From: Ginglymostoma cirratum
Taxonomy: Eukaryota
Reading direction: 5' to 3'
DNA: 64,000 nt
Assembly (NCBI GenBank): GCA_024137785.1
Contig: JAHRHZ010000013.1
Coordinates: 12,790,707 to 12,854,706 of the forward strand
Part shown: positions 11,501 through 24,800 of the stretch, piece by piece
Layout of the letters: each line of letters begins with the position of its first letter
How positions within the stretch are numbered: the stretch's first letter is position 1
Position numbers and translations under genes: made by a program
The notes under the pieces: model-generated
The model's database searches: none
What the model was told of the DNA's origin: nothing
Seen by the model: only the letters and a program-made list of their open reading frames with translations

Positions 11501-14482
11501 GCTGCCATCTACAGACTCTCTTTCAACGCGTATCCTCTTGATTACAAAAAAACAAATCCAGTTCTCTAAGATGGTTTTACGCTGCTGGAAGGTCGAAGAG
11601 AGATGATTCTCCCGTGTTTTGAAACTAAGTCCAGAAACAATGGCGCCCTTTAACTTGCTCTGCATTAATCGGTTTTACAGTTAGGCATCTAAGACCACTG
11701 CACATTTTGTCCCTCAGAATGTTTTTGCAAAGAGATTTTTCAAAGTGTACTTTATGAACATGTGCAAGCTAAGTAGATGAGTAAACGCTGAAGACTGAAA
11801 AGCCTATGGTATTTGTGTTCCGTTCTTTATATACAATGTTAACAACATGAAATGTATTAAAACAAAACGCTACACTTTTTCAAAGTTAACTAAGAGGATT
11901 ATATCCAGATTTCACTCATGAAACACAAATTAATGAAGACAGGCGGCAGTCAGGACCGTTAAAATAAAAAAAACTTGTTGTTGTATTCACTTACCTCACT
12001 AAATCTGCAATTCTAATTATTTTTGTAAATTACTACCAAAGCATTCTAAAGCAGAAAACCGCTAACTGTCGCTAACCGCGAACTTACCACTCGGTGAAAA
12101 CAAAACAATGGCGTTAAAGCAGGGAGAAACAAATAACGTCGTTTAAATAATCTTTTTACATGTGCATTCCAAAATAAAGCTAACAGAACAGAATCAGTAA
12201 ACCCTAAAACCTGCTATGATAGACAGGAAGTCTGAATAAAATATACAGCAACAACAAAAACGAGTACAAAACTGCTTAACGCGTAGATATGGCAAAAATA
12301 TTCATCCAGAATTTAACAAAACATAATTGCTTCGACAAATTAATGAAAGTGCATTAAGTAAAATCTAAATATATTTTATTTGTTTTATTTTAATATATGT
12401 CAGTTCAGTTATTTACTTCCCTCACAATCATTTGTGAGGAAACTCTTTAAGAAATAAAGAAAAACAAAGAAATAGGGATGGAACTAAATGAATTGAAATG
12501 AATAAACTGCTTTTAAAAATAAACAGTAGGTAACATTTCGCAAGGTAAACTTTCTAAATGTGAAGTTAAATACCTATGGTCATAATGAAAATTATAGTCG
12601 TTTATGCATCATTTTATACTCCACCAACAGTTTCTGGCGATCAAGGTTGTTCAATTAAAAACTCTTCTAACAACTCAAAGAAAACGTTGTGGTGGAAATT
12701 GGGTGGAGGAACCTTGTTGTCAGGGTTTAAAATCTATTACCCAAACTGAATAGCGTGAATTGTTTCCTGTGCAATATTCTGAATGGCATGTTGTTACCGG
12801 TTCCTTTTAAAAAAACGAGAAGTCTTGGAATAGTTCAGATCTGAATTCCCCTTCAAGATTACAGGTGAAACTGTTCAGGTTGCAGAAACTATGCATAGCT
12901 AACAGGAGCAGAAACATAGAAAAGCGTTTACACGCTCAGATATACTCTTGCTTGTCGCTTTATAATAAAAGAGCTTTTGACTGAATTTTGTTGAAACACG
13001 CAGACAGCTTTCACTTATTTAAAAACATAAGCTTATGTTAATTTGTATTATTTACAATCAAAGCCTGAACTTCTGATTTTACTTGATATATTTTGATGTA
13101 ATCGAGTACACAGATTTTTCTCCCCGCTGACGGAATTTCTCACTGGCTTTCTTACCCTCTCTAAAGTCTCAGCCTCCCATCCAACCACACCGACCCCCAC
13201 CCCACCTCCCTAAAAAAGTGGCACAATTCAGTCGTTTAGGCCACGGTGAAGGTGACACAGCGGGGGTCAGGTCACAAGCCAAAAGAATGCCCATGTTGCG
13301 TATCACGTCGAAAATAAAGTCTCGGCGTAAAATATACAATTACAACAAATTTCTCACATTAGTCTCCTGTGTGGAACTGCACTGATTGGAACGCTATCAT
13401 TCAATAGTTTGATATCCCCCAACAAAGAAGTACTTGTGGTTTTGATACTCAATTTAAAGTCGTTCAAAACCATAACGGAACCACAACACTTTTAGGGGAA
13501 AATGCAGGATGACTTCAACAAATATGAACTGCGCACGTGATAGTTCTGTTTAATGTATAGCTTCAATGGTCCAGAATTAAGTAAACGTTAACATCCATTA
13601 ACATCTTCGATTACATCTCCCTCTTTCAAACAAAGAACGTACTGTAACCAGTGCTCCCAAATGTTTCAGTTTATTGCCGTGGAAACAAAGCTATCCTTTA
13701 CCGAAATGTTTTTAAGGTACATTATTGTCTTGCTGGCGTAATCCAAATTAAGTAGTTACATAGAGGAATTCTGTATGGAAAGAACTGCTTGTGGGAGCTA
13801 CTAACAAAATGCCTTCGAATCTGAATGATACTAAAACTTAGTAGTTCCACAGATGAACAACTGTGACAATGAGCTTTCACTGAAAAAGCAAAAGAAGGAA
13901 TTAACTAGCCTTTAAAAATTGACGAAAGTGCAATTAAACTTTGGAGTGTCTAGACAGTTCTATTTTCCGAAGAGTTAAATGAAAGTTCACAGCGGCAGGT
14001 CGTGGTTAATGTTTGTTCTATGGTTCCTCTTACGATTTTTATTCATTCTTCACCGTTGCAAAATACTGCCGGTCTCACTTGCAAAATCTTTATTTTTTTC
14101 TATGGCTTATTAGGAGAATCATTTAGTCATATATTAGTGAGACCCTAAACTATATAACGAAGGTTTATTCCTTGTATAGACCAAAATTGTTATTTCAGCA
14201 ACTGCAAAAGATGCAACTCTTTTTAGAATATTTTCCTGACAAACCTAAAGAGTAGTTGCTGAAAATGCCCTTTTTCAAATAAAAAAGGCCTTTTAATAAC
14301 TAGGTTACCACTGACATTGAGTGTCTATTGTAGGCGAAACACTGCCTTTAGCAATTGAGTCATATTATATGTTGTCTTGATTAACTTTTGATCTACAAAA
14401 CCATTTGCTCTGAAATACAAACGTGTACATTTTTAAAGAGGGAAAATCCAGAATCACTGGTGTGATGTGCAAGTGTTGACTC

Positions 14483-14500
14483 TAGACCCAGAGGGCGCTG
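14483..14500 (+). promoter_or_regulatory. CTCF-like motif between HoxA10 and HoxA11
   Basis: TAGACCCAGAGGGCGCTG matches the CCnnnAGRGGGCGC core, with an upstream TGCAAGTG. Mammals have a CTCF site in this interval. Confidence 0.65.
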
Positions 14501-17500
14501 TAACTTAAAGTGGGCTCAGCTTCCAAACTGCATGCAGAAAATATTGAGGCTCTACAGTTTCTTGGTGGGAATCTACTTAATGCCATGTATCAAACGCCAG
14601 ATATCATTCTAAGAAAATAATTAACATGTAAAGTTAGGAATTGCCATTTTTGTTCTATCGTCTAAAACAAAGGAAAATTCGGAAAAGCAGAAAATAATAT
14701 TGCAAATAAACACCGAACAGTATTCAGATTTAAAAACTCAGTAACTTGCAACTTAACCAAAGCAACGGATTAGATTAAACCCAGGCGACAATTCATGCTT
14801 AGTTTTTCTTTTTGCCATTTTTCTTACTAGATAAGCGCGGTGACGCAAACACACACACGAAGACATACTATGAAAAAAATACATTTTTACATTAATTTCC
14901 TTTCAACATATTGTTTTAAAGAGTTCAGCCTAATAATAGCTATCGGAAGTAGTATGTTTAGAGTAATTTTTATCACGACCGTTTATTCGAAATTATTTAT
15001 GTCGAAAGCAACGTTGAACTGAACAGATCTGACCTGTTTCTCGGCAGATGCAATTTAAGATCAACAAGTAGAATGCTCACATGAAATCTGTTTCCAAAAG
15101 CCACGCAAACCGTGTTTACTTTAGTTAATAAATTCAGAATTATATTATCGAACGTTTTCAGTTCAATTTTTTAGAGGAAGCTGTTTCTTTAAGGCCTTTA
15201 GAGATTAGCTGTATTGTATATTTATTTTTTAAAAATGAATTTCAAAAATATGTAGACAGATACATGCTGAATATATAACATTAATTTCTGCATTATGTGA
15301 CGCATGAAACGAAAAAAAACTGATGCTCTTTGATTTAAAAAAAGCGTGCAGCAAAGGAGAGTATTTCTTTCTATCTAGAAGTCAACGTTTAACCGAAGAG
15401 AAACGACGTTGTCCCACTAAGGCATATAAATAACAAAATTCAAATTAGTCCAGGCAAGCTTCCCGACGCACTCGAAGCTTTAACATTCAATCAATAGTTA
15501 AGAAACGAAAAAACCCGCGGGAACGGGTCATATTTTTAAATAAGCGGATTCTTTTTGTGCAAACCAGAGGCTCACAATAAGGGACGACAGCCTGCAATTT
15601 GCAGAAACGTGTTGTATATTGAACTTAATCGCCAAGATTAACAAACAAATATTTTGATTTTTTCTGATATTTTAAATAAAATTTCTGATTATTTAAGGAT
15701 CCAAATCTCGGTTCTTTAGAAACAAGCGTAATTTAGATTTGCAAATTAAACTGAGAGAAAAACAGATCTATCGCTGTTTTATGGCAGCGTTGCGCTGAAA
15801 TGTAATTGAATGGGGATCGGTCAATATAACGCAAAAACAGAAGTAAAATTAAAGGAAAGATAATGTAGGAGCTAAATTCTTGAATTAAACATTGCCTCAA
15901 TGACGAACAAATATGGCAATTCATTTTACATTTTGTTGTTGTAAAATGATTTCTTAGAAGTGTTTTATTTCTACAGTATTGTAAAATCGAAGCTTTCAAA
16001 ACTCAAGTCTACCGTGAAATAAAAACTGTGCGGCTCCCCTTTCCCGGAGGTTTTTGAGCGAAATAAAACGCATTTCGAAAGGAACTTTTATCCCTCCAAT
16101 CTTTAATTGTTTCACTAACTTAAACACAAAATCGGTGATGTTTCGTTGAGAGTTTAGTTACATTTATCAAGCCGATTGAAAAACCTGTAAAGTCTTAGAT
16201 GGATTTTGGTCCAACAAAACATCCACGTTGTATCTACATGGACTCTAATCACCTACCTTTGTTAGCAAAACGATTATTTTGAAGCTATTTTAGGACATTT
16301 CCAATGTATTGGATTTAATTTATCATTCGAAGTCCTTCAGCATTCAATTCGGATTTTAAAACGAACATGCTTCTTTTGGAACTCGTGCTTTGGAAAAAGG
16401 ACAGACCAAACATTTCTCCTTGCAGATTTTTGCTGCCCTACAGCGGCTTTGACATTGATCTAACTGGCGCCACCATGTGGTCTGAACGTCTTGTTGAAAT
16501 AATTCATTGTCACAGTTCTACGGTGTGGCAACACAAAAATCTACAAGGAGCCCGGAAAGACATCTCGACCGGCAGGGCCCCTAAAATCGAATAGTTTGAT
16601 TCCGTTAGCCGCATTTTGAATTTTGAACGTATTGCGGTACTTGGAACTGTGTAAAGAGCGAGGTAAAAAATTGGCTTTATGGCTTGTCCTGCTAGTAACC
16701 ACAGCAACAAAGACGGTCCCTTGTCATTTGCCTTGAATGCCACAGCCCCTTAATCCGGTACAAGGCTAGCCTCAACTCCCTCCTCCGTATAGTTAAAATA
16801 TACCCTCAAAGTTTTAATCGCAGCTAGAACTATTCAAAATTAAAACAACCTCACACACAGCAATAAACTTCCATGATAGCAGATCATAACTCGCTAGGAT
16901 CTCTGTTAGTCCTCTTGGTCAATCGCTTATAATTTGTATCGGATTCCGGCCACATCCGGCGGGAGTCTAACCAGTGGATGGAAGCTTCAGAGATGATTGT
17001 CCCTTCACCCCCAAAGGTTAGAGGTGACGTCCATGGCGCATCAGAAGTTCAAAGCCAGGAAACAAGCAGGAAAAGGGAATACAACCTGGCATTAAAATAT
17101 TGTAGTACAAATGAAAGGTATTACTGTACAATCATTGTTAAAATAGGTCCGTACAAATCCAATCAAACGTGATGGAGTGTGCTCACCCATTACAGAGATT
17201 AGATTGGCGATATTCTCTAAATTACAGGATCAATTTTTGTATCTGCAAAATAAACTACGTTTAGATTAATGCAAATTCTGGCAATGCCAACCGATTTTGT
17301 CAAGGTATGTGCCACGACGTTCAGTTTAGCCATGTAGAAGCGAACTGAGGTTACATGGTCATATATTTGATTTGAATTTCTAGGTCTTCCAGAAAATAAG
17401 CCAAAGAGAAGCATACCAATGGGTTTAGGATGAAGTGGAATGTTACCAGCTTTAATGATTGTTGATTACGTACATGAAACACACAATAATACAGTTCTTT

Positions 17501-18876
17501 GCAGGCATTTTACTTTTCGTCGTGAATACCCGGCAAAGTTGAAGAAGCCTACATGGACCGTTCTCAAGAAGAAAAACATGTTTATTTCTCAACCTCGAAT
17601 CCCACTGTGCGATCTCTGGACGCGTACATGCAAATCTTACACCCTTTTATTCAAACCGATAAATATAAATTATATACAAATGTTAAGCAAATTTTGGCAC
17701 CACATTTAGTTAATCATAATTTGATTAAAAATATTCCCGTAAAGGGAGTTGCAGTTCTTTTTTTAAAATCTAAGCGTTCAATGCAAAACAAAAACACCCC
17801 AGTGCATGGTGCATAGTCCAGCCATTTTAATATGTTTCAGTGTCTTGCAAATTAAACCAACTTTGCCGGAAAAAAAAGGATAAAGGCAAATACTTGACCG
17901 CTGTCATCTATCTTTTCATCTGAAAGTACAAGGAAACCACCTACATTTAATGAGGGTCCTGACGGAGACCACACAAACATTTAGATTCGATTGATTTAAT
18001 AAAAAAAGCTATTTTAAAAGGCTGGCATATGTTATCAGGTAACGAATACGCGATCTTTGTATAATGGGGCCTATAGGTATATCGGCCTATAAAAGATTAC
18101 ACGATGATGTACAGGAAATGTTACCATTGTGCAATAAAACACGTATGTGTTCAATGAAAATAATTTTCTGTCTTTGGTTCACACGGACAAAGATGGCTTC
18201 AATATTGTAAGTACTGCAGACTTGTCATCTTTTGAAGGAATCCGTGAAAATAATAGATGCATGAGCAGCAGTTCTTAAACTCTATTCCTATTTAAAACTG
18301 TCCATACACATTCATATTGTACCAAAAGAGCAAGATATTTACAATAATTTGTGCTCAAGAATGCCATTATGGGTAGTATCCTTTCTCTTTGAAAAGTTAA
18401 ACGTAAAAACTGCATTTGCAAATAACAACGCACAATATGTCAAGTACAAATAACCACTCACGGATTGCTTCAGCAAGCATAAAATAGCCCGTTTTCTATA
18501 ACTCCAAGCTATGTTTTAAACGGTAAAGTGTTTATATAGAGAGTACCACGCCAAAAAATGGTACAAACTTTACATTCCAAACAGAATTTAATTACACTTG
18601 CTTATTTTAGAGGCGAACATGAATTTGACGCAAAAAAACGCCTGTGATTCCCAGCAGCAGCCATCTTTTGAGAATGAATTCCAAGTTGCATATTTACATG
18701 CATACTCTCCGTTTGGGGTGATGAGGGGTGGAAGGGGAACTCCTCCTCATTATTTATAGAAAAAAAACACGGATTTATTGTAGAGATCTAGGTTTTAATC
18801 TGTCTTTTATACAGATAAATTTCAGTGTCCTAAGCAGTGATGAGCAGGCATTGTTTAGAGAACAGTCGCGCTAACA

Positions 18877-18941
18877 CACCCCCCCACCCCACCCCCACGC
18901 CCCCCCGCCCCCCCCCCCCCCCCCCCCCCCCACCCCCACCC
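18877..18941. repeat. Poly-C / C-rich low-complexity tract (poly-G on the HoxA11 mRNA strand)
   Basis: Near-continuous C runs, the longest over 20 nt. Confidence 0.9.
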
Positions 18942-19539
18942 TTACGGAAAGGTCAGTTACAAAAAGAACGAAGTTGGTTGCTACTCCTTGTAACTGAAGA
19001 TAAAAAATATATATCCAATAGTTGTGATTGATAGTGAGCGCCACTGAAAGCTTCCTAATCTAAAGCATGCGCACATTTTATTACTTTGTTTTTATATTGC
19101 AGCTGGTCCACAACAGTCAACTGGTTCTCCTAGGGCTCCAATACACAGGTCTGTATTCAAAACGATGCTGCACTCTCCTTCGAATTAAGACAAATCTGTT
19201 TCGCTGAACTAAATCCAAGCATTCACATTGGCATCTCAACAATTACCTCTCGAGACACCCTTTGTACAAAGCATGTAGATCACACAAGTGAGAATATAAT
19301 AATGTGTGTGCTATGTGAAACAAACGATGGTCATTAATTCCAGTTACTTTTTAAAGTTGAAACTTAGACGTCCCAGTTAGTTTTGCAAAGTTGTCGGGCC
19401 TGTCAAAACTGTACTAAAGTATCTGCTCTCAAACTCGAACTTGAGTTTATGTTTTACCTCTGCGTTCGGCCCTGGCCGCTTTCTTCGTAGAAGGAGAACA
19501 TAGGGCGGAGAAATTCCTCTTTGCAATCGCAGTCTAATT

Positions 19540-19772
19540 TCAGAGCAATGGATTCGTGGTGTAATACTGAAGGCGGTCCCTGTTTAACTTCTTTTCCTTC
19601 ATCCTCCTGTTCTGAAACCAAATTTTAACTTGCCGGTCGGTTAAGTTGAGCATCCGGGAAAGTTGCAGCCGCTTCTCTTTGTTGATGTAGACACTGAAAA
19701 AAAATTCTCTCTCCAGCTCCCGGATCTGGTACTTGGTATAGGGGCACCGCTTTTTGCGCGTACGCTGGCCAC
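19540..19772 (-). CDS. hoxa11: HoxA11 exon 2 (homeodomain)
   Basis: (S)[76 protein letters not shown]. Acceptor TTACAG| at 19773/19772. Confidence 0.97.
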
Positions 19773-20799
19773 CTGTAACAGGTAAACAGTGAGTTAAACT
19801 TTGGTCGTTGTCAGTGAGACGAACACTCAGCTCCCCGGGCGTCAATACATGCTTTACTCTGAACACTTTCAAATGGAAAGGGGAGGCAACTCTGCAAGAC
19901 TTCCAATTTTCATACAGCAGTTTTATTTTCTCTCTCAGCATTACCCGAAGTAAAGAATTGTCCACATAAAGCAATAGCTTTTTTTTTCATATTTTGCCAG
20001 GTCCTAGTGATAAAAGATGGCTGCCTCGATTTACATAGATTCAAATAGATGTGGACTTTTCAAGTTGTTACTGGGTTATAGTCTCATTCCAACCATATAT
20101 TTGTAAGTTAAAAATGAGGCTTCCGGAGTTAGACATTAACCACAATTTTAAAAAGGTACTTTTATTTTAAAGAGGGGGACAGTTCCGCGATGCGTGTATT
20201 TAAGACAGAAAATGGGACATTGAAAGGTGCAAAAAGTTTTAATTTATCCGGAAGAGCGTCACCTAAAAGGGGCTAGGGAATAGGATACTTGAGGTGCCTT
20301 TTTAGAGGCACTGAGAAGCAGGAATTAATTTTCTGAGGGGAGGGAACTTAATTCTACAGTCGTTCCGCATCGTAAGACTCAATATGAAGCAATCTTCAGA
20401 GATAACATTGTAGCCTTAAGACAGTGCCGATGAAATGCCCAACTATGAAATGTGATTATTAAATAAAATACTGTCACCCAGCCCTGAAATAAGTTTTTAT
20501 GATGGAAGCTCCATGCTAAGGGTATTGCAGTATTTATATACCTGTTAAAAATGTCATTTTGCCACATTATGTTTTAAAGCGGTTACTTATGGAACCGAAT
20601 ACAACCTATAAATAGAGTTTTTGTGTCAACACGTGTTTTATGGAATCACTGAGTTGCATTAATACGTACAAAGATCACCGGTAGCCAAAAGCAATTTTTC
20701 ATAAATTTACACCTAGTAATTTAATTGATCAGATTTTTTAACCCCAAACCCACTTTTTGAGATGCTGGTGGAGGGATTTTAATGCAGCGATTGGCTGGA

Positions 20800-20940
20800 G
20801 TTATTTCACGGCCAATTTCAAAGCTGGACACGTGATCCTGTCATTTATATAAAAAAAAGTTTTGTTGGGAAATCTACAGGCCATCCATAAACCCCCTTAT
20901 ATGCTTATAAAACAGCACATAAAATTTTTAACAGCAGCGC
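20800..20940. promoter_or_regulatory. HoxA11 intron element with clustered AbdB/Cdx-type TTTAT sites
   Basis: CCATAAA, TTATAAAA, CATAAAA and TTTTAT motifs, plus a CACGTG E-box and TGTCA, just inside the intron. Confidence 0.5.
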
Positions 20941-20988
20941 GCGAGATCGCAAAACTTTCTCTCACAAGTGGGCACTGACTCTACCTAC

Positions 20989-21598
20989 TGGAGTTGCTGC
21001 CTTTCTCCTCATTGTTGCCGGAAGAAGACTCCGGGCTGCTACTCCCGGGGCTCGTCTCCTTCTCCACAGACACTCTCGAGGTCTCCGAACTTGAAGTTGC
21101 CGCAGACGGCGCTTTATCTGGGCTCTTCTCCCCGCAATATTCCGACTGCTGATTCTCACTAGAACCGTAGGCAGTCTCGAAAAACTGGTCAAATCCTTGC
21201 GGCAAGACCCCGTTCCTCCCCACCGGGTTGTAGAAGCTGGAGGACGCGTTGGAGCTGGGGTGATAAACGCTGGCGCTATTTTTCATTAACATCTCGCCCA
21301 TGGTACTGGCAGGCAGACATTCTCTGTGCATCAGCTCCTCTGCGGAGTAGCAGTGCGGGAGGTTCCCCCTGTGATGCCACTTATTGGAAGGATCGATGGC
21401 ATAGTCTCTGAAGGTAACTTCTCGCACAGGTTGAACCTGGGGGATATTGGACGAGTAGGAGTATGTCATGGGGCGAGAAGCCGGCGTTTGGGGTAGAAAA
21501 GAAGGCAGACTGGAGAAATCCGGACCCGAGACATAATAGGTGCAGCTAGGCAAATAAAGATTAGAGCCACAAGAAACCCGCTCATCAAAATCCATCAT
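20989..21598 (-). CDS. hoxa11: HoxA11 exon 1
   Basis: [39 protein letters not shown]...[15 protein letters not shown]...[17 protein letters not shown]. Donor TCCA|GTAGGT at 20989/20988. Spliced CDS is 610+233=843 nt. The start could be 21598 or 21595. Confidence 0.96.
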
Positions 21599-21649
21599 CG
21601 CTTGCTTGGGGTCCCCTAGCGCAAGAATAGCTTGCATTCGCACAGCTAA

Positions 21650-21800
21650 ACATGGTCCTTAGATGCTGCTGCCTCTTTGAAGCTGATCCGCGGAGTAAAA
21701 ATTTGGAAACGTAAGCTGACGTGGAAATGTATCTCCATACATCGCAGGGACAGGGCAGTCATGTGACCAGATGCCTGGAGAAATTGACATGCATCACTTT
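21650..21800 (-). promoter_or_regulatory. HoxA11 5' leader and proximal promoter
   Basis: CTTTGAAG (TCF/LEF-like), TGACGTGG (CRE-like) and GTCATGTGAC (E-box) immediately upstream of the CDS. Confidence 0.55.
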
Positions 21801-24800
21801 GGATTCCCCCCTCGCACCAGGAGTGCAAAGCTCTTTACATCTCAGCTCTGCACATTTCGAAAGAGGGAAAGGGAAGCTCGAATTATACTGTGAAGGTGTT
21901 CAACCTTCACACCAGAGACGCATTTGGCACACTCACTTCACGGCGCTCCTACCAGCTGCGTTGCAGCCAGGGTAGACGCGAAATCACACTTAACAATTTC
22001 CACAGTGGAAATGTATCAGAAACTCTATTTCCTCGATCAAAATGCTTTTCGACCGATCTCTTCCATGTTGATTCTGCGGAATATTCGGCATTTTTATTGA
22101 CAAATAATCTCCCTTGCTTTCTCGTTTATTTTAGCCATTTTAAAATGAAAGGCGGTTATGTTTTGTGCTTATGTCGCCTACGCAGAACTTGTGAAATCAC
22201 AAACGAATAAAGACAAAGGTTCTATAAGAAATCTTACCGCCGCGTATTACGGCGAGATTGAAATCTTTAAATGGGGAGATCTTGTTTTCAGTAAAATAGC
22301 CTCCCATCTTTTCTGAAAATCTCCCATAGACCACACAGATGCGTGGAGAAGCAAAGTTAGACCGTACGTGAGTTCGACAAGGATCTAGTTTTTGTTTCTT
22401 TTTAGCTTATCTATCATCGTTAGATTACTCCTGCTGCAAAAAAAAACCCAATCCGGACATATCTGCCGAGTATGTGAGGCGGTCAGACTTTTATTTTCTT
22501 AACATAGTTGCTCTGCTACTGGTTTGTTATAAGCGGGCATGGTCACGTTCAACTTCATCACACACAAAACCCTGGCCCTGTCAGCAAATTACATAAAACC
22601 AGGTATCCACTTCGGTGGAAGATGCGAAATATTGGCGTAAAAATTCCCATGAGCAGCTTAATTTTACATTCGGACTTTTTTTTTTGCTTGTGGTGTATAA
22701 AAACGGATTCTGTCATTAAAACTAAGTTAAGGATGCAACAGCGAGAAGTGGACAAAAGCGGATAAAAGGGGTGCTGTTTTATTTGACATTGGCCGTGGGT
22801 ATATTTTTCCATATTTCAATAAAATGGCACCAAGGACAACTGAATAAGCATCAGACTCAGATTTAGTGCTGCCTGAGGTGTTTTTAATAGTTTTAGTTTA
22901 GTGCGGGTTACATTCATTGAAGAACGCCCAATAAAAAGCATTTTATTTCGGTGCACTATCTCCATGTAACAGTATTTATGATTTAAATACACCCAAAGAG
23001 TTAGAATGCCATGCGGTGAATCCTGATGTCTTGAAAAGAATAGGACTCTACAAAAGAGTTGAAGTTAAACTTTGCCTTAGAATTTGTCACAAATTAGCTT
23101 TTTGCTGTTCCAAAAACAACTGCGCAATGCCAAAACAAACAGGTTTCCTGGGAAAAAGGACCTTTGCCATAAACATTTGCCAGAAAGACCTTCTATTTAA
23201 ATTAAATTCCATGCAGTAAAAAGACGTCTGTACTTGGAACAGTGTTAATAACAAGTGGACAATTGAATCTTGCTTTTCCAACAGTTTCGTTATGATAAAT
23301 ACGGACCAATGCAAAATCTTCGAAATGCCTGTTTCAAAATTCTAGCCTGCTGTAACTGACCAAATCAATCGCTATTAAAGATAATGCCCGCGTAGGTAAC
23401 AGAAATCTCGGTTATTGAACATGCTGAAAATGTGAATCTAACAATGTACAATGTTCACGTCTTATCATAAAGTTCTGTAATATTCAGTGTAACACTATAT
23501 ATGCAGCACTGCCATTGTACATTGCATATAGCTCAAGAATTTACTTTACAACACCTCTAAATTGTTACTTACGGTCCTGATAGAAAATAAATTCATTTGT
23601 GTTACGCAGAACAGCAATGGAGACCCATAACACGCGAGAGGCTGCAAATCTGACATTTAAAAAAAATAGAAATGAAAGTGTCTTTAAAACCTAACTGGAT
23701 TGCTTTGTACTCAGACTTTTCTTTTAACCAGTCTTGGTATTCGGGACTATTTAACTGCGATATAGGATTTGTTTGAGAGTTTAGGATTTTTTTTGAAGTA
23801 AGGAAAGCCGAAAGACATTAGCACAATCTGTCGCTGTACGGATGGTCAAATTCCGACACATATAAAGTTGTCTTAATAATATAATTAAATACAGAACGCC
23901 TATGACAACCGAGAGCGGACGATTTAGATGGGCCTACGGTTTTAATAGCAGTTTTGACAACCAGCTCCTCTGGATCACCGGAGTAGACATTTTAGCTGAC
24001 CGGGGCGAGCTGAAGACGCCACCTACATGGGATCTTTGACGTTCCCAGCTAACATGAGCAATCAGGCGTTCCCCCCCCCCCCACCCAAAAAACCAAGAAG
24101 CCCGCTTTGTCTGATCAAAAGTCGGGATGAGTGTTAGAAAGAGCAATTTTTTAAAAACTGTATATTGGGCGTCATTCCTACATGTTGATCAAAATCTAGT
24201 TTCATACCCCCTTTATTTATCTTGAAGTGGGGGAAATTTCTCTATGAATATATTGTTGTGTCTTTGAACGCAGTTTGCCGATGCCGTTTCAAAGAGGATA
24301 GGGGCGCCGTAGCTATTTCATAACCTCCCGAACGAAAAGGGAAGCTGGCGATTGCATTTCCGATTAAGTAAAAGGCGATAAATGAATGGAGAGCTATTCA
24401 CTACCTTCTTCTCTTCGCCATTTTCTCTCCATCAGCTTTTTCCAATTCTCATCTATTGGGAGATCGCTCTTTTACAGTTACTTTCAATTACAGATTCACA
24501 ATCTAATTGATTCGAGCCGTCAGTTTAAGCCTTTAGCCTGTACTCATGTCCAAGACTGCGGTCGTATGAAGCTAAAGGAATTGTTCCAAAAATTAAACAG
24601 ACCTACCTTTCTGGAATAAGATCAGGTAAACGCTGCAGAGATTCCATTGCGATTTGATGGTGGATCAAATGTAATGTAAATACTGAAGTTTAAGGGGATC
24701 AGTGAATTATTGCGGCGCAGTCTATTTTCCTGCAGGAGTCCAAGTCAACGGGAGGGCTGAGACCCGGATGAAGTTGAATTTCTTTACACTGACATGTACT

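Noticed and set aside
18837-19031. Poly-proline ORF
   Set aside because: Artefact of the poly-C tract, antisense to the HoxA11 3' UTR.
19773-19974. 5' extension of the 144-aa ORF on HoxA11 exon 2
   Set aside because: Intronic read-through upstream of a clear splice acceptor.
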